From the human T2T-CHM13v2.0 reference genome, Homo sapiens, in assembly GCF_009914755.1 (NCBI RefSeq), contig NC_060941.1: 64,000 nucleotides of DNA. One strand, given 5' to 3'. The notes beneath the pieces are model-generated. The model was not told where the DNA came from and searched no databases. It saw only the letters and a program-made list of their open reading frames with translations. Positions 1 to 13,600 of the stretch are shown piece by piece. Numbering within the stretch: the stretch's first letter is position 1; each line of letters starts with the position of its first letter. The translations under genes and the position numbers were made by a program.

Positions 1-320
1 CTTGATTCTAATTCTTCCTACTCAGAATTAAGCACTCTCCTGATTTGGCATTTATGGTTAATTGGCCTGCTTTTATATATTCACTACACATGTATGTATC
101 CCAGAAGTTATATTTGATTGCCTTGTATGTTGTTGTACACATATGACCTCATTCTATATATAGATCAGCTGTACATATTTTGATTTTCACTCAACAATAC
201 ATTTGTGATTTTTGCAGATGTAGTTCACTTATTGAATGTTCTATATAGTATTTTATTGTGTGGATACACAAAAATAATTGTCTTCAACAGATAGAAATTT
301 TAGCTTCTCATTTGTTTTTT
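1..320 (-). mobile_element. Old L1M (L1ME-like) 3' region fragment
   Basis: Degenerate antisense L1 3' UTR motifs such as 'tatagtattttattgtgtggatacac'. Boundaries approximate. Confidence 0.5.
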
Positions 321-1519
321 AATGTAGAGTAAGAGAAACATACAACAGTGCACATTGCAGCACTGCTTGTATTAGCAAAAACAGGAAGTGGATCTGGATT
401 GATCCATTAACTATGAATCTTACCCATCCTTAAACATCATTTAAGCCCTTAGGGTAGAAAAGAAATTATGGGGAAATCAAAATGATACATTTGGCAGTGG
501 TGAGAGGCTTCCTGTTCCTTTTGGTTCAGCAAAAAACTTTTTATTCTTTAGACCTACAAAAAAGCAGAGGCTTTTTTTTTTACCCACACCCAAAGCAGAG
601 GGAAATCAGTCAGCATTTTTAAGGGAACTACACATGCTACAGGGGCCCTTTAGCGTCTGCCAAGCTCTTCCCAGTCTCAAGAATGGAGGTAGGAGATGCT
701 GTTCATGCTATTATACAGAATGGTAGAATTAAGTCCAAATGGCACCTGGAGTCTTACCTCTTTATATCCTAGTTTTCTGTATTCAGTACTGGCCCAGATT
801 GCTTTTATTTTCTGTTGAAATAATAAACTCTTTTACAAAAAATATGATTGTTTTTCCTCAGTTTTAAAATATGCCTATAAATATTCTACAGGAATAGAGG
901 GTAATAGATGAGCTCAAGTATTTTGCGAGTTAATTAAAGTAGAACTTGGATTTATTTCTTAACGATTTTATACAAATTGAAAGGAAAGTAAGAAACGTTA
1001 TTCCAAGGTGTTCAAGGCAGGCCTTGTACCATCTCACTTCCCACTGGTTCTACTGAAACATTTACATTTATCACTTTTTTTCCTTCTGTTTATTATGAGA
1101 GTATCTAATTTCATAGGCATGGTGGTAGAACATTGGGGTGAATAAGATGATGTCTGCTCTTAAGAAGTTACTTGCTACTCCCTGAATATATGAAAACTTT
1201 TTTTTTTTTTGTAAAGAGAGAGTGATGGTATGGTTCACTAAGGAAGGCAGGAGATTGAGTAGTTCTGGAGAGTCACATAGGAAGCATGTTCCACATAGAG
1301 GGTGGATGCAAGTGAAGGCCAAGTTGTAACCATCTATCACTGCCTCCAAGGAGCACCTGCAATAGCACATCTACTTGGAGTCCAAGTCCTGGTTTTCATA
1401 GTTTGGCCAATTCCATCACTGCCCAAACCATGAAGTAAGAAAAATAATACAACTTAGTTCAAGAGAATAAAAACAAAATGGAGTGTGCCACACACCAGCT
1501 ATATTCAACTATTTTCTGC

Positions 1520-1905
1520 TCTCCTAGAGTGCCATGCATTTGCAAGCCTCCAAGCCTTTGCAGATACTCCTGCTTTGAATGACATTCCCTGTATTCTGTA
1601 CTTATCCACTGTGTAATGCAACCTTAAAGCTAATTTTAAGCATTGTCTTTCTAGGAAACCTTTCTCACTCCCCCCGAGAGGGGTGAATCATCCCTCCCTT
1701 GTGTATATTCCCAGAGAAGGCTGTTTCTGCCTCTGTAAAATACAGCACTCAGCACAGTCTGACAAATAGTCTCGTAAATTGTGCATGCCTCTGTGTCCTT
1801 TACTCTTAGAAGGCAGGGACTCATCTAATTCATCTTTGTCGTGCCTTCAATCTGTGGCACAGTGCTAACATATAGTAAGTGTTCAATGTGAAGTTCATTA
1901 AATGA
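1520..1905 (+). mobile_element. L2 LINE 3' end fragment
   Basis: 'aggaaacctttctcactcccc ... gaaggcagggactcatctaattcatctttgt ... gcacagtgctaacatatagtaagtgttcaat' follows the L2 terminal consensus. Confidence 0.7.
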
Positions 1906-3021
1906 CGTGTGTAGCTGCAAAGAAAAAAACACGTAGCATTAGGAATTAGAGTAGTCAACAGATAGTGGTAGTAGAATTGCCTCAAATTCCATGTAAGTAT
2001 GATTCTACTGAAAATAACTGAGTTTTTTTTTTTTGATAATTGGCATTAATTCCCTTGGCTCTACCAAGAGATCTTAGGTTCAATTCCCTGGGCAAGCAAG
2101 CAAATTGTGTATGTTTGAGTGGGTAAGTGAGGCTATTCCACATGAATCTCATTTAGAAATTATGTTCAAAGCAGGCCATTTGCTACTGGATTCATTACCT
2201 TTCCTAGATAGCACAGGGTGAAATGTTTGCTTTTATTAAAGTAAATAAATAGCTCATAATTGTGCCTAGGAAGGGAAACTTAAAGGCAAGAAGAAAAACA
2301 CTAGACAGGGAATATAAAAGTGTATTATTTTTTCCTCAATATTGCGGTTCATTATATTTTTGAAACAGTTGTGAATGGCTTTTCCTTAAGTAATATCTGG
2401 GCTCTTTTCTCTAGATAATTTACAGGAAAAGAGAAATATACCTTAGCAAGGCAGGCTAAGGAAAATTATTTTAAAACTCAAACATATCAGGCTAAAATAT
2501 TCATGATGTAAAAACAAAGCAAACAAAACAAACAGATAAGCAAAAACAAAACGAGAAGAAAACATGAGAATACCAATAGAAGAAAAATATGTAATTTGGT
2601 TTGGTTCCAGCTCTGGCTGTGATTAAGCATATACCATCCTCCATTTTCCATTGATTACAAATAAATAAATATAAGGAGTCTATCTGAAAATTCAGAAAAG
2701 TAAATAATGACAGGTGAATTGGGGAATGAAATGAAATGGAAAGTAGTATCAATATGGTATTAAGCTTAAAGGTATTTTCAGTTTTCTTCTTAATCCTCCA
2801 GCTTGGACTCTAGGACAGCCCAAATCCCAGAACTGCACATCAAGCAGAGACAGGAAATGCTTCAAGGGAAACATATGTACCTGTCTGTATTCTAGAAAAG
2901 CCCCAGTCACAAAGCCTTAGACTAGTGAAAGCAGCAGCTATGCATACACCTCAAACTCTGGAAGACATTCTTTTTTTTTTTTTTTTTGAGCAGAGAAACT
3001 GGAAAACTAGGTTCCTATTGT

Positions 3022-3046
3022 TCTCTCTCTCGCTCTCTCGCTCTCT

Positions 3047-3087
<41 letters not shown>
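3022..3087. repeat. Compound (CT)n(GT)~18 microsatellite
   Basis: Seen directly. Confidence 0.97.
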
Positions 3088-3090
<3 letters not shown>

Positions 3091-4605
3091 CGTCATTAAT
3101 TTTCTCTTTCCAGTCTCTCTCTGGTTGTTTTGCCCTCAAGGGAAGCAAGTCATCATGGCAAGTGTGAAATAGCATAGGGAACCTAAAGCCCTGCCATTTA
3201 TGACAGAAGACCAGAGAAATAAGCCCCTGGGGACTAGAGAGTGAAGAGAAATCATGGAGGAGAAAGTGGTAGAGAAAAAGTACACCTAATTTTGTGTATG
3301 AAGTCTCAGGCTCACCACTAATTGGCGCATGCATTGAAATTAACCAAGGCAGCGTAACAACTGCTTTGATAATTAAACTATGATATAGAACAAAGCTCAG
3401 GTTGACCCCTGGGTGGTTGGTATGTGTGTGTGGAGCAGACAAACTAGCTCTACAAAGGAATTGAAAACTAAACTAACACAGAAGCCAGAGTCTAAATAGA
3501 GCAGGTTGAGGTTAGACTTATGACAAGAACCATGGGAGACTGATTACCTGCTAAGATGAAAAAAAAAAAAAAAAAAAGGAAAGAAAAGAAAAGAAAAATC
3601 TTCTCTAGAGGATTTTAACAGGACCAGAGTCTAATATATAATACTCAAATGACCATAAGGCAATCCCAAATTACTAAAAATAAAAAAGAGCATCTCAAAA
3701 GTCAATCAACTGACATCAATCCCCAAGGTGACCCATGATGTTGAAATTATTGGACAAAGATTTTAAAGGAGTTATTGTAACTATCCTCTATGAAAAGAAA
3801 AAAATTCTTTTAAAATGGATGGAAAGAAATGTTGTAAAAAATAGAAAATATAAACACGAAGTAAATATTTTAAAAATAAAAAATAACTAAAAAATAAACT
3901 GGATGAATGCAATAGCAGAATGGAGATGCCAGAAAAAAAAGAAGAGTCATTGAATTTGAAAAGTAGATCAACAGAAATAATCCTTTATAAATAAGAGAGA
4001 AAACACAAATAAAAAAATATGAGCAGAGCCTCAGGGACCTGTGGGACATGTCTTACATTTGTGTTACTAGAATCCCAGAGGGGGCAGGTAAGAGATTGGT
4101 GCAGAAAAAAATAGCTAAAAACTTCTCAAATCTGTGGAAAGCCATAAATTTACAGATTTGGGAGGCTGAGAAACACCCCCCACCACCAAAAAAAAAATTT
4201 CATGCAAATTCTCATACTTAAAACACTAAAATCCAAAGATAAAGAAAAAATATTGAAAACAACAAGTAAAACAAACACTTTACATATAGAAAAAAATAAT
4301 TCAAATGACAACGTATTTTAGTGAAAATCATAGAAGCCAGAAAGCAGTATTATAATCTATTTGAAGTATTGACAGTGAACCATTAATTCTAAATTCTATA
4401 TTAACCAAAAACATTCTTCAGAAAAAAGTGAAATAAAGACCATCTGATCATAGCAAAATTAAACTAGAAATCAAAAACAGATATTTAAAAACCTCTAAAT
4501 ATTGGAAAATTAAATAACTCACTTTCAAATAATCAAAATATGAGAGAGGAAGTCAAAAGAAACATTAGAATATATTCTGAACTAAGTGAAAATGAAAATA
4601 CCACA

Positions 4606-4949
4606 AGTGATGGTCAGTTCTGTATTTTCAACTTGGCTAAGAGGTAGTCCTTGTTATTTAATCAAACATGAGTCTAGGTATTGCTGTGAGGTATTTTGTA
4701 GACATGATTACTGTATAATTATTTTGCTTTAAGCAAGAAGATTCTGAGTTGAAAGGCGTTAAGAGCAGAACTGAGGCTTCCCTGAAGCAGAAGAAGACAT
4801 TCTAACTATAGATTGCAGCTTCAGCTCCAACTTATGCCCAAGAGTTCCAGTTTCTAATGGCTTGCCCTATGAATGTTGAACTTGTCTAGCCAGAACCCAC
4901 GATTGCATTAGCCAATTTCCTGCCCCTACTCTCTCTCTGTATGTACACA

Positions 4950-4993
<44 letters not shown>

Positions 4994-5019
4994 TTCTTTT
5001 GTGGAAACTGACTGATACA
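4606..5019 (+). mobile_element. MLT2-family solo LTR (ERVL) with internal (CA)n
   Basis: Starts '(a)gtgatggtcagttctgtattttcaacttggct' and ends 'gactgataca'. 5-bp TSD ccaca/cctca at 4601-4605 and 5020-5024. The host L1 reads through on both sides. (CA)n at ~4953-4989. Confidence 0.85.
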
Positions 5020-5515
5020 CCTCATATTAAAATTTCTGTAATGCATTTAAAGCTTTAGAGAAAAAAGTTGTACATTAAATACTGAAAAGTTACAGCACTA
5101 AATACTGAATTATAAGTGAAAAATTCAAATCAATAACCTAGGTTTCCATATTAAAATATTAGAAAACAAAAACCAAATTAAGCCAAAACCAAGCAAAGAA
5201 AAAGAGAAATGTCAAAGGCAAAAGAAAAAAAATAAATGAAATTTAAAATAGAAAACAACAGATAGAGTCAATGAAATCAAAAGGTGGTTTGTTGAAAAGG
5301 TCAATAAAATTTGATAAACTTCTAAGAAGACTGACCAAAGAGAGAAGTAGCAAATTACTATTAGACATGAAAGAAGACATAATACTACAGACCTCACAGG
5401 CATTAAAATGATATTAAGAGAAAATTATAGACAACTCTATTCCCCCACATTTGACAACTCAGATTAAATGAATCATTTTATTGAAAGATAAAAACTACCA
5501 AAACTGACAAGAAAT

Positions 5516-8500
5516 GGGAGGTAGTGGTCACCTGGATCAGCAGTCTGAGGCACTCAACCCTTACTGTGCGTAGATTCTGGTGCAGCGATGCCCTCTCTGC
5601 TCCGTGCCCAAGCAGATCTCCGGGCATTCAAAGCACCGGCTCACCCGGATTGACAGCCTGAGCTGCCTCACCTTTCCTGCACAGAAATCATGGTGCATCC
5701 AGGCCCTCTCCACTTCATGCCCAAGCAGATCTCCAGGCAGTCAAAGCACCAAGTCACCTCGATCAGCAGACTGAGCCACCCAACTCCTCCTGTGCAGAGA
5801 CTGTGGTGAAGCAGGGCCCTCTCTGCCCAATGCCCAGGCATATCTCCAGGCAGTCAGAGCACAACACATTTGCATGGATTATAAGCCTGAACTGCCCCAC
5901 CCTTTCTGTGCAGAAATTGTGGTGCAGTGGGGCCCTCTACACTCTATGATGAGGCAGATAACCAGGCATCTGGAGCACACACTTTCCTGAATCAGGAGTT
6001 TAGGCTGACCTTGCCACTTGTGCAGAGAACTTCAGGCAAAAAAGGTTTCCCAGCCCCTTGCCCAGTCACACCTTTGGGGGCTTGGTGGCCCTTCACTCAT
6101 TTCTTCCTTGGTGCTGATGCATGTGGCTGACACTGGGGGACCTGTACATGGGCCTGCCCGGTCTGACCTCACCCATCTGGGTCTCCAAACCCCTCAGGAC
6201 TGAGGAGACAGCTCAGACAACTGTGGGCTCCATGGATGAGCCCATTGCTAGAGGTAGAAGCTAGAGCTTCTACTGGTAAACAAGAATAAAATATATACCC
6301 AGGCATGTTGGCCACAACCAGCTCTTACCCATAAGTACCATCTACTGGCTTGTAAGTCAAACCACAGAACTCAATATAAATTTACCAAGAGGAAGTGCAT
6401 ATGGCTATAGAAGCAAAACAAAAAACCATATTCAACATTCTCTATGGTCACACCCCACAGGGAGTGGGGGGAAAGAGAAAGGGAAAGAAAAAACCCGCTA
6501 ATGATATTATAGGGAAATAAAGAAAAAAGGGAAAAATCCTACACACAGTTAAATAATTATAAAAATTAGAAGTCCTATTATCTCTGGATGAGAAAAAAAT
6601 GGTGCAAAAATTCTGGCACCATGAAAAATCTGAATGTAGTGATGCCACCAAAGGATCACAGTAGTTCTCCAGCAATGGTCTCCAACCAGAATGGAAATTC
6701 AGAAATGACAAAGAATCCAAAGCATGTATTGAGAGGAAGCTCAATGATATCTAAAACAAGGTTAAAAGTCAACACAAATAAACTCCTAAATAAATCAATG
6801 AAATGAAGAAAGAGACAAACATCTTAAAAAGAAATCAATCAGAGCTTCTAGAATTGAAAAACTCAAGGAATTGCAAAATATAATTGAAAGCTTTAACAAT
6901 AGACTGGACTAGAAAGAAGAAATAATTTCAAAGCTTGAAGACTAGTCTTTTGAACTAACCCAGTCAGACAAAAATTAAGAAAAAAAATTTAGAAAAATGA
7001 ACAAAGTCTTTGAGAAATATGAGATTGTGTAAAGTGAACAAACCAACAAATTATTGGCATTCCTGAGAGAGAAGGAGAAAACATAAGCAACCTTGGAAAC
7101 ATATTTGAGGGGCTAATTCAAGAAAACGTCCCTAATCTTGCTAGAGAGGTAGACATCTAGATACAAGAAATCCAGAGAACACTTGCAGTATCCCATGCAA
7201 AATGAACATCACCAAAGCAGTTACCCACCAGACTGTCCAAGATCAACACTAAGAAAAAAATCTCAGAGGTAGCTAGAGAAAAAGATCAGATCATGTACAA
7301 AAGGAACCACCTAAGGCTAACAGTGGACTTCTCAGCACAAACCTGACAAGTCAGGAGAGGCTGGGGTCTATTTTTAGCACTTTTAAAGAAAAGAAATTCC
7401 AACCAAGAATTCACAACTTGTGAAATTAAGCTTTCTAAGTGAAGGAGAAATAAAATATTTTAAAGACAAACAAGTGCTGAAGGAATTTGTTACTATTAGA
7501 ACAGGCTTACAAGAGACCCTTAAGGGAATTATAAACATGGAGACAAATTAATGACACCTGCTACCATAAAAATACACCTAAGTGCATATCTCACAGGCCC
7601 TATAAAGCAACCAAACAATAGAAACTATAAAGCAACCAGCAAACAACTTCACAATAGGATAAAAATCTTGCATATCAATATTAACCTTCAATGTAAATAG
7701 TCTAAACACCCCACTTAAAAGGCATAGAGTTGCTAGTTGGATAAAAAACAAGACTCATCCATCTGTGGTCTTCAAGAGACCCATCTCAAACATAAACACA
7801 CTCATAGGTTAAAGTAAAGGGCTGGAGAAGGTTCTATAACACAAATAGAAAACAAAAAAGAGCAGTGGTCAGTATTCTTAAATTGCGTAAAACAGACTTT
7901 AAACCACCAACATTAAAAAAAGGAAAAAGAGGGGCATCAAATAATGAAAAAATGTTCAATTCAACAAGAAGCCTTTACTATCCTAAATATATATGCATCC
8001 AACATTGGAGCACACAGATACATAAAACAACTTCTAGAACTGTAGAAAAAACTTACACAGCCACACAATAATCATCAGGGACTTCAGTACCCCAATGACA
8101 GCATTAGATGGATCATCAACGCAGAAAACTAAAAGAAATTCTGAACTTAGACATTTTGACCAGTTGGACCTAATGGACATCTATATAACACTCCACACAG
8201 AAACCACAGAATATACATTCTTCTCAACTGCACATGGAACATACAACAAGATTGACCACATTCTTGGCCATAAAGCAAGTCTCAATAATTTAAAAAAAAA
8301 TTGAAATTACACCAACCATACTCTCAGACCACAATGGAATAAAAATAGAAATCCACACCAAGAAAATCCCCTGCCCCCAACAGCACAATTACATGGAAAT
8401 ATAACAACTTGCTTCTGAATGTCTTTTGGGTAAAAAACAAATTTAATGCCGAAGTCAAAAAAAAAATCTTTGAAATAAAAGACTCCATATACCAAAGTCT

Positions 8501-11500
8501 CTGTGATGCAGCAAAAACAGTGCTAAAAGGAAAGTTTAAAGCACTAAATCCCTACCTCAAAAACTTAGATCTCAAATTAGTGATCTATCATTGTACCTAG
8601 AGAAACCTGAAAAACAAGAACAAACTGACCCCAAAGCTAGCAATAGAAGAGAAATAACTAAAACAAGACCAGAACTGAAAGAAATTGAGACCCCCCCAAA
8701 TCCATACAAAGGGTCAACAAAAGGTTCATTGTTTGAAAGGATAAACAATTTCAATAGACCACTACTTAGATTAAAAAATAAACAGAAGAGGTCCAGATAA
8801 GCACAATCAGAAACAACAAAAGTGACATTATAACCAATACCATGGAAATGAAAAAGATCCTCAGAGAGTATAATGAACACCTCTTTGCATGCAAACTAGA
8901 AAACCTAGAGGAAATGGATAAATTCCTGGAAATGAACAACCTCCCATGATTGAATCAGGAAGAAATTGAAACCCTGAACAAATCAATAATGAGTTCTGAA
9001 ATTGAATCAGTCACATAAAAAAGCCCCAAACCAGAGAGATTCACAGCTAAATTCTACCCGACAAAGAAAAGCTAGTATCAATTTTACTGAAACTATTTCA
9101 AGAAATCAAGGAGGAAGGACTCTTCCCTGACTCATTCTATGAAACCAGCATCAGCCTAATACTAAAACCTGGTAAAGACAATTAAAAAAAACCTGCAGGC
9201 CATAGACACAAAAATCCTTAACAAAATACTAGCAAATCGAATCCAGCAGCACATCAAAAAGTTAATTCACCATGATCAAGTAGGCTTCATTTCTGAGATG
9301 CAAGGTTGGTTCAACATACACAAATCAATACATGTAATTCACCACATAAACATAATTAAACCCAAAAATCATACAATTATCTCAATAGATGCATAAAAAG
9401 CCTTTTATAAAATTCAGCATCTCTTCATAATAAAAGCCCTCAAGAGACTAAGCATCAAAGGAACATACTCCAAAATAATTAGAGCCATCTATCACAAACC
9501 CACAGCCAACATAATACCAAACAGGCAAAAGCTGAAAGCATTTGAAAATGTTTCTTAGAACTGGGATAAAACAAGGATGCCCATTCTCACCACTCCTATT
9601 TAACATAGTACTAAAAGTCCTAGCCAGAACAATCAGGCAAGAGAAAAAAATAAAAAGCATCCAAATAGGAAGAAAGGAAGTAAAACTCTTTGTCCACACT
9701 GCTGATAATGATTCTATACCTATAAAACCCTAAAGACTCTGTCAAAAGGCTCCTGGAACTGACAAACAACTTCAGTAAAGTTTCATGTTATAAAGTCAAC
9801 ATACAAAAATCAGTACCATTTCTATAGACCAGTAACATTCAAGCTGAGAGCCAAATCAAGAATGTAATCTAATTTGCAATAGCCATACAAAAAACACCTA
9901 AAAATATATCTAACCAAGGAGGTGAGAGATCTCTACAACGAGAACTTCAAAACACTGCTCAATGAAATCACAGATGACACAGACGGAAGAACATTCCATA
10001 CTCACAAATTGGAAAGATCAATATTTTTAAAATGGCCATGCTGCCCAGTGCAATCTACAGATTCAATTTTATTCCTATTATACTACCAATGTTATTTTTC
10101 ACAGAACCAGAAAAAACAATTCTAAAATTTATATGAAACTCAAAAAGAGCCCAAGTAGCCAAAGCAATTCTATGCAAAAAGCAGCAGCCAGAGGTATCAC
10201 ATTACCTGACTTCAAGCTATACTACAAGCCTACAGTAACCAAAACAGCATGGTACTGGTACAAAAACAGACATATTGATCAATAGAATAGAATAGAGACC
10301 CAGATATAAGCCACACACCTATGAACATCTAATTTTCAATAAAGTCAAGAAAAATAAGCAATGGGAAAGGACTCCCTATTCAATAAATAGTCCTGGGATA
10401 GCTGGTTAGCTGTATGCAGAAGAATGAAGCTGGACCCCTACCTTTCACCATATATGAACCTTAATTCAGAATGAATTAAAGATTTAAAAGTAAGACCTCC
10501 ACCTATAAGAATCCCAGAAGGAAACCTAGGAAATACCATTCTGGACAGAAATAAATTCTGCCTTGGGACAGAATTTATGAATAAGTCCTTAAAAGCAACT
10601 GCAACAAAAACAAAAATTGGCAAGCAGGACCTAATTAAATAAAAGAGCTTCTGTACAGCGAAAGAAACTATCAACAGACCACACCTACAGAATGGGAGAA
10701 AATATTCAGAAACTACACATCTGACGAAGGTCTAATATCTAGAATCTCTAAGAAACTTAAACAACTCAACAAGCCAAAACCAACCCCATTAAAAAGCAGG
10801 CAAAAGACATGAACAGCCACTTCTCAAAAGAAGACAACAAACATATGAAAAAATTCTCAGCGTCACTAATCATCAGAGAAATTCAAATCAAAACCACAGA
10901 GATACCATCTGATGTGTCAGAATGGCTACTGTTAAAAAGCCAAAAAACAATAGATACTGGTGAAGCTACAGAGAAAAGAGAACATTTATACACTGTTGAT
11001 AGAAATGTAAATTTGTTTAGCCACTGTGAAAGCAGTTTGGAAACTTCTTGAAGAATCTTAGAACTACAATTCAGTCAACAATTCCATTACTGGAGATATA
11101 TATATATATATATATGAATATAAATAATTCTACCAAAAAGACACATGCACTTGTATGTTCATTGTAGCACTATTCACAACAGCAAAGACGTGAAATCAAC
11201 CTAAGTGTCCCTCAATGGTGGACTGGATAAAGAAAATGTGGTACATCTATACTATGGAATACTATGCAGCTATAAAAATGACTGATATCATGTCCTCTGC
11301 AGTAACATAGATGCACCTGGAGGCCATTATCCTGAGCAAATTAATTCAGAAACAGCAATCTAAATACTGCATAGTCTCACTTATAAGTGGGGCCTAAACA
11401 TTGGGTATTTATTGACATAAAGATGGGAACAATAGAAATGGGGGACTACTACAGGGGAAAGTGAGAGAAGGGGACAAAGAGTTGAAAAACTGTCAGGTCC

Positions 11501-11617
11501 TACCTTGGTGACAGAATCATTTACATTCTGAACATCAGCATCACGAAGTATACCCATGTAATGAAACTGTACATGTATCCCTGAATCTAAAATAAAAGTT
11601 GAAATTATAAAAAAAAA
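5516..11617 (+). mobile_element. Full-length degenerate L1PA15/16-type LINE-1 (~6.1 kb)
   Basis: Begins GGGAGG. Repeated 5' UTR, ORF1 remnant (~6600-7550), and ORF2 remnant with EN/RT peptides ('TEYTFFSTAHGTYNKIDHILGHKASL', '[31 protein letters not shown]'). 3' UTR 'ccctgaatctaaaataaaagttgaaattat' plus A-tail. Possible degenerate TSD aagaaat/aagaaaat. Both ORFs are broken. Confidence 0.9.
5528..6030 (+). repeat. ~113-bp tandem repeat (4.4 copies) in the L1 5' UTR
   Basis: Units start at 5528, 5641, 5754, ~5870 and ~5983. Shared core 'gccctctc...tgcccaagcagatctccaggcagtcaaagcac'. Confidence 0.9.
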
Positions 11618-11622
11618 GAAAA

Positions 11623-11828
11623 TAAGGAGATAGAATACGAAAAATGGCCTCCCAATATTTTCCAGCTTAATGCCTGGAACTGTGGGTATGATGAGATATC
11701 ATTCCTGTGTGTTACCCTATATTGAAAAGGGAGATTATTGAGGTATAAGTAATCTAATCACATGATCCATTTAAAAGCCTAGTGTTGTCTCCAGTTGAGA
11801 ACAGAGAGGAAAGTCAGAGACATCCCAA
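11623..11828 (+). mobile_element. MLT1E-like MaLR LTR, 5' part only
   Basis: 'aaaatggcctcccaa...gtgggtatgatgagatatcattcc...aagggagattatt...ctaatcacatgatccatttaaaagc...gaggaaagtcagaga'. Confidence 0.7.
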
Positions 11829-12490
11829 GTGTGGTGAGGATACGGAGCAAGAGAAACTCTAACATTGCTGGAGGGAACATAAGATAGTACAGCAACTCTA
11901 GTAAACAGTTTGATAATTTGTTATAAAGTTAAACATACATCTTTATAACCCACCTAGGCCACAGCACAGCAGTACCCTACAGAAATGAACACTATGTTAA
12001 ATCAAAACCTGTATGCAGATATTTATAGCAGCATTCTTCATTATCACCCCAAACTAGAAATACCCTAAATGTCCTTCAACTGGTGAGTGGATAAAGAAAC
12101 AGTGGTTTTGTTGCTGAGAAGTATTCCATGTTATAGATGAAATACTACTCAGTAATAAAAAGGAATCAATTGCTGATACATGTAACACCATGAATGAATC
12201 TCAAATACATTGCACTGAGCAAAAACAAAACAAAAACAAAACAGATTCAAAGGTTGACTATTGTATATTTCCATTTATACGACTTTCTAAAGAAACAGAC
12301 ACTATAGAGACAGACAGGTAGTGGCCAAAGGTTAGGAAATGGGGATTAATATTGACCACAGAGGGGTAATACTAGGGGATCTTGAGGGGTGAGTGAACTG
12401 TTCTGTATCCTGATTCTGGTAGTGGTTATGTGACTCAGAACTATACACCACAAAAGAGTGAATTTTATTGTACATAAATAAAAAATAAAA
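11826..12490 (+). mobile_element. Ancient L1M (L1ME-type) ORF2 end and 3' UTR, probably the 3' end of the host starting at ~2800
   Basis: 'ccaagtgtggtgaggatacggagcaa', 'aatactactcagtaataaaaaggaat', and terminus 'gtgaattttattgtacataaataaaaaataaaa'. Confidence 0.8.
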
Positions 12491-12989
12491 ACAGTGAACT
12501 GCTTTGATTAGCTTCTACATTGTAATCTAAGATTTTAAACTCAAATTTGTATTTATGTGGCAATGAAGGGCATGATGATACTCACCAAGTAGTTTTAGGA
12601 AAAAATGATTTACTCAGTTTAAATATTTACCTTGAAAACAAACCTATAAGGTGAACACAATCTCATTTTTAACCGTATTAAATATTAGTTTTCTTTTGTT
12701 TTTAACTTGAACTACATTGAATATCTTTTTTCTAAGCTGCCTTCGTCTAATAGACATTGCTCAGGTCTTAAAGAATCATCAAAGCATGGATTTTTTTCTC
12801 TCCACCGAGCTTTGATAAGAAAGAAAACAAAAGCCCACATATATTTGGATAAAGCGCAGCAATCTGTTCCAAATATCATGTAAAATGTCTTCAAAACCTA
12901 AATAAGCATGCTTTTTGAGCTTCATCTCCTGCCTAGTTCTCCACTCAACACTCCCACCACGATGAACTAATTAACAACAGTAATATGGT

Positions 12990-13210
12990 TATTACAAATT
13001 ATTTACCATCTTCTCTGTGACAGACACTTTGCTAGATGCTTTACATATGCCACCACATTCCAGGTAAAATAATGGTTCCTATTTTACAGACGAGAAAACA
13101 CACTCATCTAGGTTAAACACTTGCCCAAGTTCACGTATCTGGTAAGTGGACAGAGCTGTAATTTCACTGTGCGTCTGAGTCCAGATGGCTATGCCCTTTC
13201 TATTACTACT
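12990..13210 (-). mobile_element. MIR SINE
   Basis: Antisense core 'cctattttacagacgagaaaac...ggttaaacacttgcccaagttcac'. Confidence 0.75.
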
Positions 13211-13414
13211 ACACCACACTGATAGTTTTCTTATTTTCCCTTAATAGTTTTTCAAATGTGATGCCTTTTTTCACCTTATTTCTAGCAAACCGACTGACAG
13301 TCTTAGAGGAGAACAGTGTCCCCTCTAGAACGTCTTCCCTAATCTGCTATGTTGAATAGAAGAATAGATTGGAACCGTAAGAAACAGCCCAGTTCTTATT
13401 TCAACTCAGCTACA

Positions 13415-13600
13415 TATTCATATTTCCACACAGATGGATATTTATTGAGTACCCCCTGTGTGCGAGGGATTGTGTTAAGCAATGGAGATTAGATCAAAAA
13501 TTTTATAAAAGAAATAAACCATAAGAAACTTTTGTGGGGATCTTATGAGTAGGAAATAAGCAGAAAAGTCCACTCCAGGCAGAGGCAAACAGTACTAACA
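13415..13600 (-). mobile_element. L2 3' end fragment
   Basis: 'atatttattgagtaccccctgtgtgcgaggga' is an antisense L2 terminus. Confidence 0.5.

Larger units (their letters stand above)
2800..5515 (+). mobile_element. Ancient L1M (L1ME-type) 5' UTR, ORF1 and start of ORF2, interrupted by an MLT2 LTR
   Basis: ORF1 remnants ('gatgaatgcaatagcagaatggagatgccagaa', 'gagcagagcctcagggacctgtggga'). Jumps to ORF2 EN-region motifs at ~4440 ('tctgatcatagcaaaattaaactagaaatcaa') and ends 'aaactaccaaaactgac'. The 5' boundary is uncertain. Confidence 0.75.

Noticed and set aside
2951-3442. 163-aa ORF with HT/ER repeats
   Set aside because: Produced by the (CT)n(GT)n microsatellite and poly(T) within an old L1 5' region.
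5528-6030. Regularly spaced repeats suggesting a CRISPR-like array
   Set aside because: Whole units are homologous with no unique spacers. Eukaryotic L1 5' UTR context and no cas genes.
7865-11051. Multiple ORFs with endonuclease/RT-like peptides (also 28035-30898, 53731-54132 and 23860-24108)
   Set aside because: Frameshifted, stop-ridden fragments of L1 ORF2, not genes or active retroelements.
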